Source: Minisyncoccota bacterium (GTDB lineage: Bacteria; Patescibacteriota; Minisyncoccia; Phycocordibacterales; UBA918). Taken from it: DNA of 38,177 nt. Location: NCBI GenBank assembly GCA_021129655.1, contig JAJOLC010000043.1, positions 1 to 38,177 of the forward strand. Direction: 5' to 3'. The notes under the pieces were generated by a model. The model had not been told where the DNA came from. It did not search any database and was given only the letters and a program-made list of their open reading frames with translations. Shown one piece after another: positions 23,966 through 33,488 of this stretch. Position 1 is the stretch's first letter; every line of letters begins with the position of its first letter. The translations under genes and the position numbers were made by a program.

Positions 23966-25357
23966 TTATTTAAGGTATTCAATCAAATCTGCAATAGCAA
24001 CTCTTTCCTGTTCTCCGGTGTCTCTATCCCTAACAGTTACAGTGTCCTTTAAGTCTGAATTTTCTTCTCCTAATGTTTCAAAATCTATAGTTACACAATG
24101 TGGTGTACCAATTTCATCTTGACGACGATATCGCTTTCCAACATTTCCATTGTCATCGAATTCAGCTCTCATTTCTTCAGCTACTAAAGAAAATACCTCC
24201 TCTGCTTTTGCAACTAAGTCTGGTTTGTTTTTCAACAATGGGAATACCGCCACCTTAATAGGAGCCAGTTTTTTAGGGAACCTCATAACAATCCTAGTGT
24301 CTCCGCCAAGTTCATCTTCATCATAAAACTCAGTCATAACAGCCAAAAATGTCCGGTCTAGTCCAACCGATGTTTCAACCACGTGAGGAATGTACTTTTC
24401 ATTATTTTTCTGGTCCAAATATTCCATTGATGTATCAGAGAATTTTTGGTGCTGAGTCAAGTCGTAGTCACCGCGAGCATGAACACCCTCTAATTCCTTA
24501 TAACCAAACGGGAAATTGTATTCTATGTCGAAGGCAGCTTTAGCGTAGAAAACTAAATTTTCGTGCTCATGCCAACGCAAATTTTCTGCCTTAAAACCTA
24601 AGTCTAAGTAGTATTGCATTCGTTTTTCTTTCCACTCTTCGAACTTTTCCATACCTGAATCAGGTGACACAAACATCTGCATTTCCATTTGTTCAAATTC
24701 GCGCTTCCTAAAGATATATTGACGAGGAGCAATTTCATTTCTAAACGCCTTACCAATTTGAGCAATACCAAACGGAATTTTCACCCTAGCGCTATCTAGC
24801 ACATTTTTATAGTTAATATAAATACCCTGACAGGTCTCGCCTCTTAAGTAAGAAGGGTCTTCATTCCAGTTATCACTAAAATTACCCAAGTTACTTTTAA
24901 CGAGTAGATTGAGAGCTTTTATTTCACCGAAATCCTTTTGACCGCATTTAGGACAAGTCAACTTGTCTCGATGACTATCAAATAGTTTGTTTATTTCTTC
25001 TTCTGACATTTTCTCATCGGCAAAAATATCCTTGTCTTCCAAAAGATGGTCAGCTCGGGATCGGGTGTGACACTCATTACACTCTACTAAGGGATCAGAA
25101 AAACCTCCAACATGTCCGCTAGCTTCCCAAACCTTAGGATGAGTAACGACTGCAGAGTCTAATCCAACAATATTCTTCTCTTTTTGAACCATTGATTTCC
25201 ACCAAACAGCTTTGATATTGTTTGCCAACTCTACTCCGTAAGGACCGTAATCATACGAACCCACAAAACCTCCATAAATTTCACTGCCTTGAAACACAAA
25301 ACCGCGCCGCTTAGACAAAGCAACAATCTTTTCCATCGTATCTGCAGATTTTTCCAT
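23966..25357 (-). CDS. glyQS: Glycyl-tRNA synthetase (class II, alpha2 type)
   Basis: The N-terminus is KRRGFVFQGSEIYGG. Class II motifs are present (FRNEIAPR, GLDR), along with a C-terminal anticodon-binding region. Confidence 0.92.
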   Translation of the reverse strand: MEKSADTMEKIVALSKRRGFVFQGSEIYGGFVGSYDYGPYGVELANNIKAVWWKSMVQKEKNIVGLDSAVVTHPKVWEASGHVGGFSDPLVECNECHTRSRADHLLEDKDIFADEKMSEEEINKLFDSHRDKLTCPKCGQKDFGEIKALNLLVKSNLGNFSDNWNEDPSYLRGETCQGIYINYKNVLDSARVKIPFGIAQIGKAFRNEIAPRQYIFRKREFEQMEMQMFVSPDSGMEKFEEWKEKRMQYYLDLGFKAENLRWHEHENLVFYAKAAFDIEYNFPFGYKELEGVHARGDYDLTQHQKFSDTSMEYLDQKNNEKYIPHVVETSVGLDRTFLAVMTEFYDEDELGGDTRIVMRFPKKLAPIKVAVFPLLKNKPDLVAKAEEVFSLVAEEMRAEFDDNGNVGKRYRRQDEIGTPHCVTIDFETLGEENSDLKDTVTVRDRDTGEQERVAIADLIEYLK

Positions 25358-25365
25358 ATTAATAT

Positions 25366-27282
25366 TTATCTAATCACTACTCCATTATCTATCTCATGCC
25401 CCATCTCTTCTGATAGTTCTGTTGTAACAGCCTCGTCTCCATCTTGCAAGAGCGCGTTAGTAAATCTATCATTAGCACGCACTTGTTGTCGATTAAGAAG
25501 GGTCACAACCTGACCAACCTGAGAGGTACTCGGTAAAATACTAACCTGAAATGACAAGTCTTTCCGCTGACCAGAAGAGATATCACCGATTGCCCACTGA
25601 ATCTTTTTTGATACTGAATTATAAGTAACCACTCCTTCAGTTTCATATGAATCTAGCCATGTTACATGTAGAGGCAAAGATGTTTCTACTATTGTATTAG
25701 CTAAATCATTGGCCCCAGCCGACACTCCCAAGGAAAGATTATAAACTGTTTCTTCACCCACCTGAGGGGGAACCGGACCGGAAACTAAACTAGCCTGACT
25801 TCCAACACCTACAGTTGAGGAGTATTTTGCTTCAGCTCTAATTGTTCCGATTAAGGTTTCTTGTGCACTACTCTCTGCTACTCTTCGTGCATATACATTT
25901 ACTACCATATCGAATGAAGCAGTGGTGAGCTCTGGCCCTTGATGTACCGCAAATTCTAACGAACGTGAACCTCCAGGCAGGATACGGTCAAATGTGGAAT
26001 TATTAGAAACTTCCCAGCGTACAGTTTCATTATTTGAGTCATAGAATCCGGAAGAGCTTTTAATTGAGTTTTCTGCTAAAGCATTTCCGTTCGGAATGAT
26101 TTCTACCACCATGTCGTAAACTGTCTCATCCAGAGTGTTAGTAATATCTACCCTAACGCTTGATACTTCGTCCTGCCCGATAATAACCTTACGATCTGTA
26201 TCTCCATTAATATCAATTGCCACATCAATGAAGGGTCTCTCAATTATAAAGTCAGCTTTTGCTTCGGCCAATGTCGCCCCAACACTGTTTTGATTGTCTG
26301 GACTAGATGGGCCGGCATTGAAGTTGATTCGGAAAGTTTCTTCAGTCAAGCCTGACACAATTCCTTGCAGCTTAATCACAGCAGTCTGCTCAGGTAGAAG
26401 CTCTTCAATTCGCCAAACATTTTGACCATAAACTGGTGTGGGTTCTGAGGTTTCATAAGTAAAGCCATTAGGATATGAAGCCTCAATCAAAACATCGTGC
26501 AGCGGTGAAGACGCATTTGATACCGCCGTCATTACAATTTCTACCAACTGGCCAGAGGCTACTTTTTCAATACTTTCAATTCTAAGGACTAACGGTGACG
26601 AGCTAATCCGAAGGGCGAACGCTTCAGCATTTTTATAGAACATGCCATTCGAGCCATTAATCCTATATTCAACCGTAGCCTCGATAGATTTTTCTGCATG
26701 CTCTTCTCCAAAAATAGCTACTTTAACCGGTATATTCTGCACTTCTCCCGGGGCAATGTCATCAATAGGAACCCTCTCTTCAAAGAGGTTTCTTGGAGAA
26801 TCGCCCACAGACCTTGTTCCTGTTGGATATTTCAGAATCAGAGTAACCGACTCCATCACTACTGAGTTTTCATTTGAAACAGCTACCTGCAAAGGCACAA
26901 CCTCCCCTCCTCCAATCGCAGACGGGCCCAGCACAGAAATATATATATTGTCATTTGAAATCTTGTTTCCTCCAAAATATAAGAAAAGGCTCGATAGCCC
27001 TACCACAAAAATAAATATCAGCAGACTGCCCAGAAGAATAAAACTTCGGTAGTGACGTTTGGGTTTTTCTTCTGAGGACTGTTCATTACCTCCCGCAGCA
27101 TCTATACCCGATCGTAAATCGTTAGTGTTTCCTTCATTTGAGGAATCTGGAACCCAAGTTTTTGATACTTCTACTGGGGTGTCTGAAAGCTTATGGCGAA
27201 CAGGCTTGCTGTTCGTGGCTCCACGTTGATATAAACGCTTACGCATAGCGTCAATCTGGTCTTGAGAATGAAGATTATTCAT
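25366..27282 (-). CDS. Hypothetical membrane-anchored protein with repeated beta-sandwich (CARDB/DUF11-like) modules
   Basis: 638 aa with one TM helix (SFILLGSLLIFIFVVGLSSLFLYF). Recurring ~90-aa segments follow the pattern G..V.l.V.v.N.s......V.l...yP.G. No catalytic motif was seen. Confidence 0.6.
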   Translation of the reverse strand: MNNLHSQDQIDAMRKRLYQRGATNSKPVRHKLSDTPVEVSKTWVPDSSNEGNTNDLRSGIDAAGGNEQSSEEKPKRHYRSFILLGSLLIFIFVVGLSSLFLYFGGNKISNDNIYISVLGPSAIGGGEVVPLQVAVSNENSVVMESVTLILKYPTGTRSVGDSPRNLFEERVPIDDIAPGEVQNIPVKVAIFGEEHAEKSIEATVEYRINGSNGMFYKNAEAFALRISSSPLVLRIESIEKVASGQLVEIVMTAVSNASSPLHDVLIEASYPNGFTYETSEPTPVYGQNVWRIEELLPEQTAVIKLQGIVSGLTEETFRINFNAGPSSPDNQNSVGATLAEAKADFIIERPFIDVAIDINGDTDRKVIIGQDEVSSVRVDITNTLDETVYDMVVEIIPNGNALAENSIKSSSGFYDSNNETVRWEVSNNSTFDRILPGGSRSLEFAVHQGPELTTASFDMVVNVYARRVAESSAQETLIGTIRAEAKYSSTVGVGSQASLVSGPVPPQVGEETVYNLSLGVSAGANDLANTIVETSLPLHVTWLDSYETEGVVTYNSVSKKIQWAIGDISSGQRKDLSFQVSILPSTSQVGQVVTLLNRQQVRANDRFTNALLQDGDEAVTTELSEEMGHEIDNGVVIR

Positions 27283-27303
27283 AATGTTTAGTATAACACT
27301 GGC

Positions 27304-27882
27304 TTATAAATGACTTATGGACACTGCGTGGGCATACAGGCTGTTTACCTGTTTTTCGATACCGCTAGTATACTGAGCTGCAATATCTGCTGGCCTAGAA
27401 CCTCTAATAGTTTCAGGCACTGACTTAGTGTCTACATAGCCCAAGTGCGCAAGAATTTGCACCTGAACAGTCGTTTGAATAAAGGGGCGTTCTTTACTAG
27501 CACTAGACAACTCATCAAATGCTGCCATTACGTAGTCAAACAATTCTGGAGCCGGCTCTTCCCCTTTCACGAACCGTCGCAACAAACGAGACAGGCTTAC
27601 TACGCTGCCGCGAGCTTCTTTGTCTATTGATTCGTGATAGTAGTTTTTTAATGCTTCGATACTACCAACTTTCCAACTCACTTTACCCTTTATCAAGGAC
27701 ACACGAACCAAGGAAAACTCTTGCAAAGCGTACCGCTGGCGAGACCTCTCTTCACGAGCACTCCTTGCATCGGCATATAGCATACCTGCTTCACGAGTGA
27801 ACATGAGATAAGAACGGTCTGCAGTATTTCGATTATACGTACCGCACACCAAAGCTTTTGTTGTGTACGTTGTATAAGCCAT
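27304..27882 (-). CDS. recO: DNA repair protein RecO (short form)
   Basis: The N-terminal OB-like pattern is ALVCGTYNRNTADRSYLMFTREAGMLYADARSAR...LQEFSLV. Its ATG overlaps the ileS stop (TAATG). The assignment is by pattern only. Confidence 0.6.
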   Translation of the reverse strand: MAYTTYTTKALVCGTYNRNTADRSYLMFTREAGMLYADARSAREERSRQRYALQEFSLVRVSLIKGKVSWKVGSIEALKNYYHESIDKEARGSVVSLSRLLRRFVKGEEPAPELFDYVMAAFDELSSASKERPFIQTTVQVQILAHLGYVDTKSVPETIRGSRPADIAAQYTSGIEKQVNSLYAHAVSISHL

Positions 27883-30800
27883 TAAACTTTACGAATTTCA
27901 AAACAGAAAGAAAACTCGCCGATTTTGACCAAATCTCCTTCAGCTTCACCAAAGCTGACTTTGCTTGCCCCGACTGTTTTAACCAGTAATTCCTGGTGAG
28001 TCTCTACCGCAGCTTGTCCAGCTTCATCAGTATCAATCGTTAATTCAATTTCATCATGTGGTTCAAGCTTTCCTGCTTTCCTCTTGCTTTGAATTGCTCG
28101 CATCAACTCGCGCACAGCCCCCTCTTCCAGCAGAGCTGGTGTCAGCTCAGTGTCTAACTCAACCAGACTGTCGGCCTTCTCTTGAATCACGACTTGCTTA
28201 ACATTGACCTCAGACATAATTATCTCAGCATAGTCATCAGCCAAGACGATTCCTGCCCCGACTGTTAGTTTGGCCAGAGGTTGTCGCACTTTGCTGCTAG
28301 CCTTGGTTCGTAACTCCAAAGCTGCCGTTACCACTTCGCGTGTCTGCTGCATAGCAGTTAACCAACCCACTTCAACCTCTCCTTTGTCAGGCCAGGCTGC
28401 CAAATGAACACTTTCTGCTTCAGAGTCTGTTCGCACTGCTCGCCATAGATATTCTGCATAAAACGGCATAGCTGGAGCCATCACCAAGGCTAGTGTTTTT
28501 AGAGTGTGACGCAAGGTGGCTAAAGCCAGTGTCTTGTCCTCCTGGTCCTCTCCTTTAATTCTGTCACGTGAACGCCGTAGATACCAGACAGACAAATCAT
28601 CGATAAATTCAGTTATTGGTCTGTTGGCCTTATCCAATTCATAATTCTCATAGCCATCTGTCGCATCATTTACCAACTCATTCAAACGAGTCAGTATCCA
28701 CTTATCAAGAACTTGGTCGGAATTAGATGAAGCTTCCGTTCCATCGGCAAACATTTCATACATAGCCAACACATTGTGTAGACGACCTATGTTCTTTCGT
28801 TGTATTTCCAGTACTTCTTTTTCAGAGAAATTCAGATCTTCTCCTTTAACTGCTGATGAAGAGAGCAGGTAGAAACGCATCGCGTCTGCCCCGACAGTAT
28901 CGGCCACCTCCATTGGGTCTGGGTAGTTCTGTAATGACTTACTCATCTTGACCCCTTCTTCAGTTAGGATTGTTCCATTAACAATCACATTTTCGTATGG
29001 AGACTTTCCGAACAAGGCTGTCCCAAGCACTATTAGTGAGTAGAACCACCCTCTAGTCTGGTCTAAACCTTCAGCAATAAACTTAGCCGGGAATCGTTTA
29101 GCATCCACTTCTTCTTTGTTTTCAAACGGATAGTGGTGTTGGGCATATGGCATCGAACCACTTTCAAACCAACAGTCAAAGACGTCTGGTACTCTTTCTA
29201 ATTTAGTCTCCCCTTCAAACAACTCTATATCGTCGATATATGGTCGGTGAAAATCTAGTTCGTAATTATCGTTATGAGGCATCACAGCGAACGATAATTC
29301 CCGTACTTCTGCATTTTTATAGTAAGAATTAAACACCTTTAAACTATCCTTCATAGTCAACCCCTTAGCTGCTGACTCAAGCATACAAAGAGGGTCACCA
29401 TGGGACACGATTAGAATTTTTTTGTCTCGGTATTTTTTCTCTATCTCATAAATAAATTCACCCATTCTAATTCGGGTTTGAAGCAAGCTTTCCATTCCTG
29501 ATTTACTGTTCAGATACTCATCTTCCGTAGATTCAAATACACTCTCCTTTCTGCCCGAAGAAGCACCTTCTAATTCTCCCATTCCTGACTCACGTAATCT
29601 ATCGTCTACAATGACCTGCTCGGGTAACAACCCAAGTTCTGCCGCCAACAAATCAGCGGATTCTTTCGTTCTTTGCAGTGGGGAAGTAAAAATGTAATCA
29701 GGCTTTACTGAAAAGTTTTCCGCGGCCTTCTTTACCTGCTCTTCTCCTTTTTCTGTTATCGGATTATCTATTCCTGTTTCTCCATTCAAAAACCCTTCCA
29801 CGTTTGATACAGATTCTCCATGTCGCATCACAAAATATTCATTACCACTCTTTGGTACAAATTCCTGCAGATCAGACAGTGAGCCGCACACTTTATACTC
29901 TTCTGTCTCGGGATTTCGCCAGATTGGAATTGGTGCACCCCAATACCGCTGCCGACTTACCGACCAATCACGCGCTCCTTCTAACCACTTACCAAACCGA
30001 TTGGTTCCAACGTGGTCGGGCACCCAATTAACTTTTCTATTAGCTTCAACTAAATCATCTTTTATTTTGGTAACCTCAACAAACCACGATGTTGTTGCGT
30101 AGTTCAAAAGTGGGGTTTCGCAGCGCCAGCAATGGGGATAGCTGTGAACGATGTTTTGCTTTTTCAAAACCTTTCCTGATGCTTGCAGGGCTTTTAAGAT
30201 TTCTATATCAGTGTCTTTGTGGTCTACCCCGGCCTCGTCATCGTCTTTTGGTTTAACCAGCTGACCAGCAAAAAGTTCAATGAAGTCCATAAAGTGACCC
30301 GTCGGGTCAACATGGTGAACAATTGGAACCTTATGTTCTTGCGCCAGTTTCATATCGTCATCTCCATAGGCTGGGGCAATATGTACGGCACCAGTCCCCT
30401 CTTCTCCAACCTCTACATAGTCAGCATGATAAATAGTCCAAGCTTTATCTTTATTCTCGAAGTCCTGTTCGGCTAAGTACGGAAATGGTGGAGTGTACTT
30501 TCTGCCTATTAAATCTGCTCCTTTAAACTCATCGACCACCTGATGTTCAAATCCTTCTAGCTGCACCAGTCTATCTTTGGCCAAAATTACAAAACTTTCC
30601 CCAGACTCTTCTGACAGCTTAGCTTTTACATAATCTAGTTCCTGATGCACAGCAGCGGCCATATTGCCGGGCATAGTCCAGGGGGTAGTTGTCCAAATAA
30701 GTAGTGACGTGTCTGTCTCATTTCCAGACTCATCTAATAATGGCAACTTAACTGTAATAGATATATCCTTGATATCCTTGTAATTAAGATTAACTTCAAA

Positions 30801-31418
30801 GTTAGATAACGTAGTTCCGCAGCGCGGACACATGTGCATACTTTTGAACCCTTCATAGACCAACCCTTTCTGGTGCAGAGACTTAAATACCCACCACACA
30901 CTCTCAGTGTAAGTACTATCCATGGTTCTATAATCATCTTCCATATCAACAAACCGTCCCATACGGGGAATAATTTTCTGCCAATCATCAGCGTATTCCA
31001 TTACTGAGTCTCTGGCAGATTCATTGAATTTCTTGACACCATAATCTTCAATATCAAGTTTTGTCGCCAAACCAAGCTTCTTCTCAATCAAGTTCTCAAC
31101 TGGTAGACCGTGACAGTCCCAACCCCACTTTCGTCGAACTCTATAACCGTTCATCGTCCAAAACCTTGGAACAGCATCCTTAATTGTGCCGGCTAAAATA
31201 TGACCATAGTGTGGGAGCCCAGTAGCAAATGGGGGCCCGTCATAAAATTCAAAATCACCCTTAGGTTCCCTACCGGCTGGGTTTTGTACGCTTTTATTAA
31301 AAATATCATGCTCTTCCCAAAAAGCCTGAATCGTTTCTTCCCGTTCTGCAACTTCCGACTTTTTGACCTCTTTTACGACTTCTACAGAGCCGTTTTCTCT
31401 ACCGTTTTGTTTAGACAT
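27882..31418 (-). CDS. ileS: Isoleucyl-tRNA synthetase (type 2-like) carrying an internal histidine-phosphatase domain
   Basis: HIGH motif PHYGH, editing domain WTTTPWTMPGN, WSVSRQRYWGAPIPIW, DCWFESGSMPYAQ and KMSKS are all present. The 1178-aa ORF is a single frame. Confidence 0.95.
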   Translation of the reverse strand: MSKQNGRENGSVEVVKEVKKSEVAEREETIQAFWEEHDIFNKSVQNPAGREPKGDFEFYDGPPFATGLPHYGHILAGTIKDAVPRFWTMNGYRVRRKWGWDCHGLPVENLIEKKLGLATKLDIEDYGVKKFNESARDSVMEYADDWQKIIPRMGRFVDMEDDYRTMDSTYTESVWWVFKSLHQKGLVYEGFKSMHMCPRCGTTLSNFEVNLNYKDIKDISITVKLPLLDESGNETDTSLLIWTTTPWTMPGNMAAAVHQELDYVKAKLSEESGESFVILAKDRLVQLEGFEHQVVDEFKGADLIGRKYTPPFPYLAEQDFENKDKAWTIYHADYVEVGEEGTGAVHIAPAYGDDDMKLAQEHKVPIVHHVDPTGHFMDFIELFAGQLVKPKDDDEAGVDHKDTDIEILKALQASGKVLKKQNIVHSYPHCWRCETPLLNYATTSWFVEVTKIKDDLVEANRKVNWVPDHVGTNRFGKWLEGARDWSVSRQRYWGAPIPIWRNPETEEYKVCGSLSDLQEFVPKSGNEYFVMRHGESVSNVEGFLNGETGIDNPITEKGEEQVKKAAENFSVKPDYIFTSPLQRTKESADLLAAELGLLPEQVIVDDRLRESGMGELEGASSGRKESVFESTEDEYLNSKSGMESLLQTRIRMGEFIYEIEKKYRDKKILIVSHGDPLCMLESAAKGLTMKDSLKVFNSYYKNAEVRELSFAVMPHNDNYELDFHRPYIDDIELFEGETKLERVPDVFDCWFESGSMPYAQHHYPFENKEEVDAKRFPAKFIAEGLDQTRGWFYSLIVLGTALFGKSPYENVIVNGTILTEEGVKMSKSLQNYPDPMEVADTVGADAMRFYLLSSSAVKGEDLNFSEKEVLEIQRKNIGRLHNVLAMYEMFADGTEASSNSDQVLDKWILTRLNELVNDATDGYENYELDKANRPITEFIDDLSVWYLRRSRDRIKGEDQEDKTLALATLRHTLKTLALVMAPAMPFYAEYLWRAVRTDSEAESVHLAAWPDKGEVEVGWLTAMQQTREVVTAALELRTKASSKVRQPLAKLTVGAGIVLADDYAEIIMSEVNVKQVVIQEKADSLVELDTELTPALLEEGAVRELMRAIQSKRKAGKLEPHDEIELTIDTDEAGQAAVETHQELLVKTVGASKVSFGEAEGDLVKIGEFSFCFEIRKV
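29283..29849 (-). other. Inserted histidine phosphatase superfamily (branch 1, PGM/PhoE/CobC-like) domain within ileS (about residues 527-712)
   Basis: The motifs occur in canonical order: VMRHGES, TSPLQRTKESA, DDRLRESGMGELEG and ILIVSHGD. The flanks are the IleRS segments ...PIPIWRNPETEEYKVCGSLSDLQEF and YELDFHRPYIDDIEL.... Confidence 0.75.
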
Positions 31419-31542
31419 AAAAATATTGTATGCATATCAGACATAATAATGCCCCTTTGGCATCGCCATTGGAAATACCCTTGGGGTGAAGCAACGTATC
31501 AGGCTGCTTTTGAATGGTAGCATGATTATTTAGTTTGAACAG

Positions 31543-31576
31543 AAAAACCGGACGTCTTTTTTGACATCCGGTTTTT
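31543..31576. terminator. Orphan bidirectional terminator-like hairpin in the ileS upstream gap
   Basis: AAAAACCGGACGTC-tttttt-GACATCCGGTTTTT (14-bp stem with one C.A mismatch, and A5/T5 arms). No convincing gene ends next to it. Confidence 0.5.
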
Positions 31577-32029
31577 TATAGGGAGCGAAATCTCCAATGA
31601 ACATAATCAACGATTCAGCACTGTCCTCTATATCTACCAAACCGGTGAGGGCCAGACAATTCTGTTTCGGAAACAAGTTCCTATAAATATGATTCTTGTA
31701 AGTCTTTTGTTGTGATAACACTAGCTTTTGCTTGTACAATCACCCATCCTTTACAGAAAATTTTTAATACCGGGACACATCTTGTATCATCAGTACCACT
31801 CCAATACAGAGCCTTTGTCTACTAAAAAATATAGCAGCCAGCATTTTTATGACCAGATGTAATACCCTGACGCGCGCAATTTTGTACGCATATTTATCTG
31901 TAAAATAACTAGCCTAGTGCGTCCATTATTACAAATATACATTTGTACCTCCATTCAACCACTGAATCTTTTTGTAAATTACCCTCAACAAGACCTCATG
32001 TCAAGGTTAGTTCTTATTCGATACTCTTA

Positions 32030-32320
32030 TTACGCAGGATCCTTCTTTTGGTACATAGACTCTTCCCTACTTCCACTCAGCGGCTCATCCCAACCATCCC
32101 TTGTTTTTTCTCCAGGAAAGTTTCCCGGGTTCTCCTCATCATTGGCAGACAAATTCTCTTCTAGAGCTTTTGCTTTCTCAGCAGAGCCTTTCTCGATTTC
32201 TTCAGCATGCTCTTTAGCATAAGCCTCCATCTCTTCGATTGTTTTGCCTGTCCTTGCTTCTGATTCTTTCTTCTCTCGCTTCTCTACTTTACCGAACCCT
32301 TCAAAAAATCCTCCTAACAT
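32030..32320 (-). CDS. Hypothetical small charged protein (96 aa)
   Basis: ATG with AGGAAA about 10 nt upstream. It lies 40 nt downstream of the DUF2914-like gene on the same strand. The composition is low-complexity E/K-rich, and no family was recognised. Confidence 0.4.
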   Translation of the reverse strand: MLGGFFEGFGKVEKREKKESEARTGKTIEEMEAYAKEHAEEIEKGSAEKAKALEENLSANDEENPGNFPGEKTRDGWDEPLSGSREESMYQKKDPA

Positions 32321-32360
32321 AATATCTATTTCCTAAAAATAATCTTTATATAACTATACC

Positions 32361-33440
32361 TTACTGTATTTTAACCACCACCTTTTTAGGGGGGCTGTCA
32401 GTATCAATTCTCACCACCTCTCTTCCCAGCACCTGCCCTCTTTCGGTCTCTACTGAACAGCGCCATACACCATCAAAGAAATTGCTCATAGCTGTATAAC
32501 CACGGTAACCTCCTTTATTGGCACCAGAGATTCCGTATCCTAAACGAAAGTGCTGCTGCCAGTCCCCTGCTTCATCCTGATATTCCCAGCGATGAAATAC
32601 TTCAGTGGATAATCTTGTTGGTGCGTAAACGCGCGCGAAGCAGGCTATGGAATTATTGGTTGGATGTAATACTGGACGCACCAACGGTAACCTTCGATAC
32701 CAAGGCTGAATCTCAATCTCAACTCGGTAACTACCATTACTTAACCTATCTACTGACTGCACCACTTCTAGCTCAGTCAGTGATAGTGGTATAGGAGGTA
32801 TAACATTTGTGAAATACAGAGCATTAAATCCAATATAAATAGCTCCGATTGTAACAATCACTCTGGAGGTATTCGCCTCCATGAAATTTGGAATAATACG
32901 ATATAGGGCTTGTACCAAAAAGGTCACAATCATCAGGGCAATCAGTCCGCTCAAAATAAATATCCCGTCTCCCATTTTTCCGATTATTACCGGGACCACC
33001 AAAACTATGTATGAGTATAGTCCTACGAAATAAAGAGCTATGTGATAAATGAGTCGGTCAGATCGTTTACTAACAAACTCGTTACCGATGATAATAGCCA
33101 AAATCATCAACAGGAACGGCGCACTTGCCAGCCAGTCACCGCTCCGGCCATAGAAAATTAACATTCCAGATAACAAGCCACCAAAAGCATACTGCATCAA
33201 AACTGGTATGTATTTTTTTATCCAAGTCGAAAAGAACCTCGGTCCCTTTTCCGCCACTCCAACGTATAGCAGCAGGATGGTGCTGGTAGAGAGCACTACG
33301 TAGAAGAACAAAATCACGTTGTCTACCACGTCGTCGATTCGATTAAGAAGAATTAAGTCAGTAAGAAAACCGAGCAAGAAGGCTACTGACAACCAGTGCT
33401 TTCTTAACCGACTTACAACCGCTTTAACGTTCTCGGGCAT
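32361..33440 (-). CDS. Polytopic membrane protein with a C-terminal DUF2914-like soluble domain
   Basis: About 8 hydrophobic helices are followed by ...CFARVYAPTRLSTEVFHRWEY...GGYRGYT...GVWRCSVETERGQVLG. This matches my recollection of the DUF2914 pattern (HrW...GyR...G.W.v.v). Confidence 0.55.
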   Translation of the reverse strand: MPENVKAVVSRLRKHWLSVAFLLGFLTDLILLNRIDDVVDNVILFFYVVLSTSTILLLYVGVAEKGPRFFSTWIKKYIPVLMQYAFGGLLSGMLIFYGRSGDWLASAPFLLMILAIIIGNEFVSKRSDRLIYHIALYFVGLYSYIVLVVPVIIGKMGDGIFILSGLIALMIVTFLVQALYRIIPNFMEANTSRVIVTIGAIYIGFNALYFTNVIPPIPLSLTELEVVQSVDRLSNGSYRVEIEIQPWYRRLPLVRPVLHPTNNSIACFARVYAPTRLSTEVFHRWEYQDEAGDWQQHFRLGYGISGANKGGYRGYTAMSNFFDGVWRCSVETERGQVLGREVVRIDTDSPPKKVVVKIQ

Positions 33441-33488
33441 ATCAGCATCATACCAAACAACCTAAGTTGGTAGGTGTGTATAAATTAT

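Noticed and set aside
31419-31600. T-box riboswitch upstream of ileS
   Set aside because: I looked on the minus strand for the conserved T-box sequence (AAnnnGGGTGGTACCGCG-like) and for a specifier-loop architecture. Neither is present; only a plain hairpin with A/T arms was found.
31530-31739. 69-aa minus-strand ORF in the ileS upstream gap
   Set aside because: It has a TTG start with no SD, its C-terminus is encoded by the terminator-like hairpin, and no family resemblance was seen. It is kept only as part of the non-coding-gap finding.
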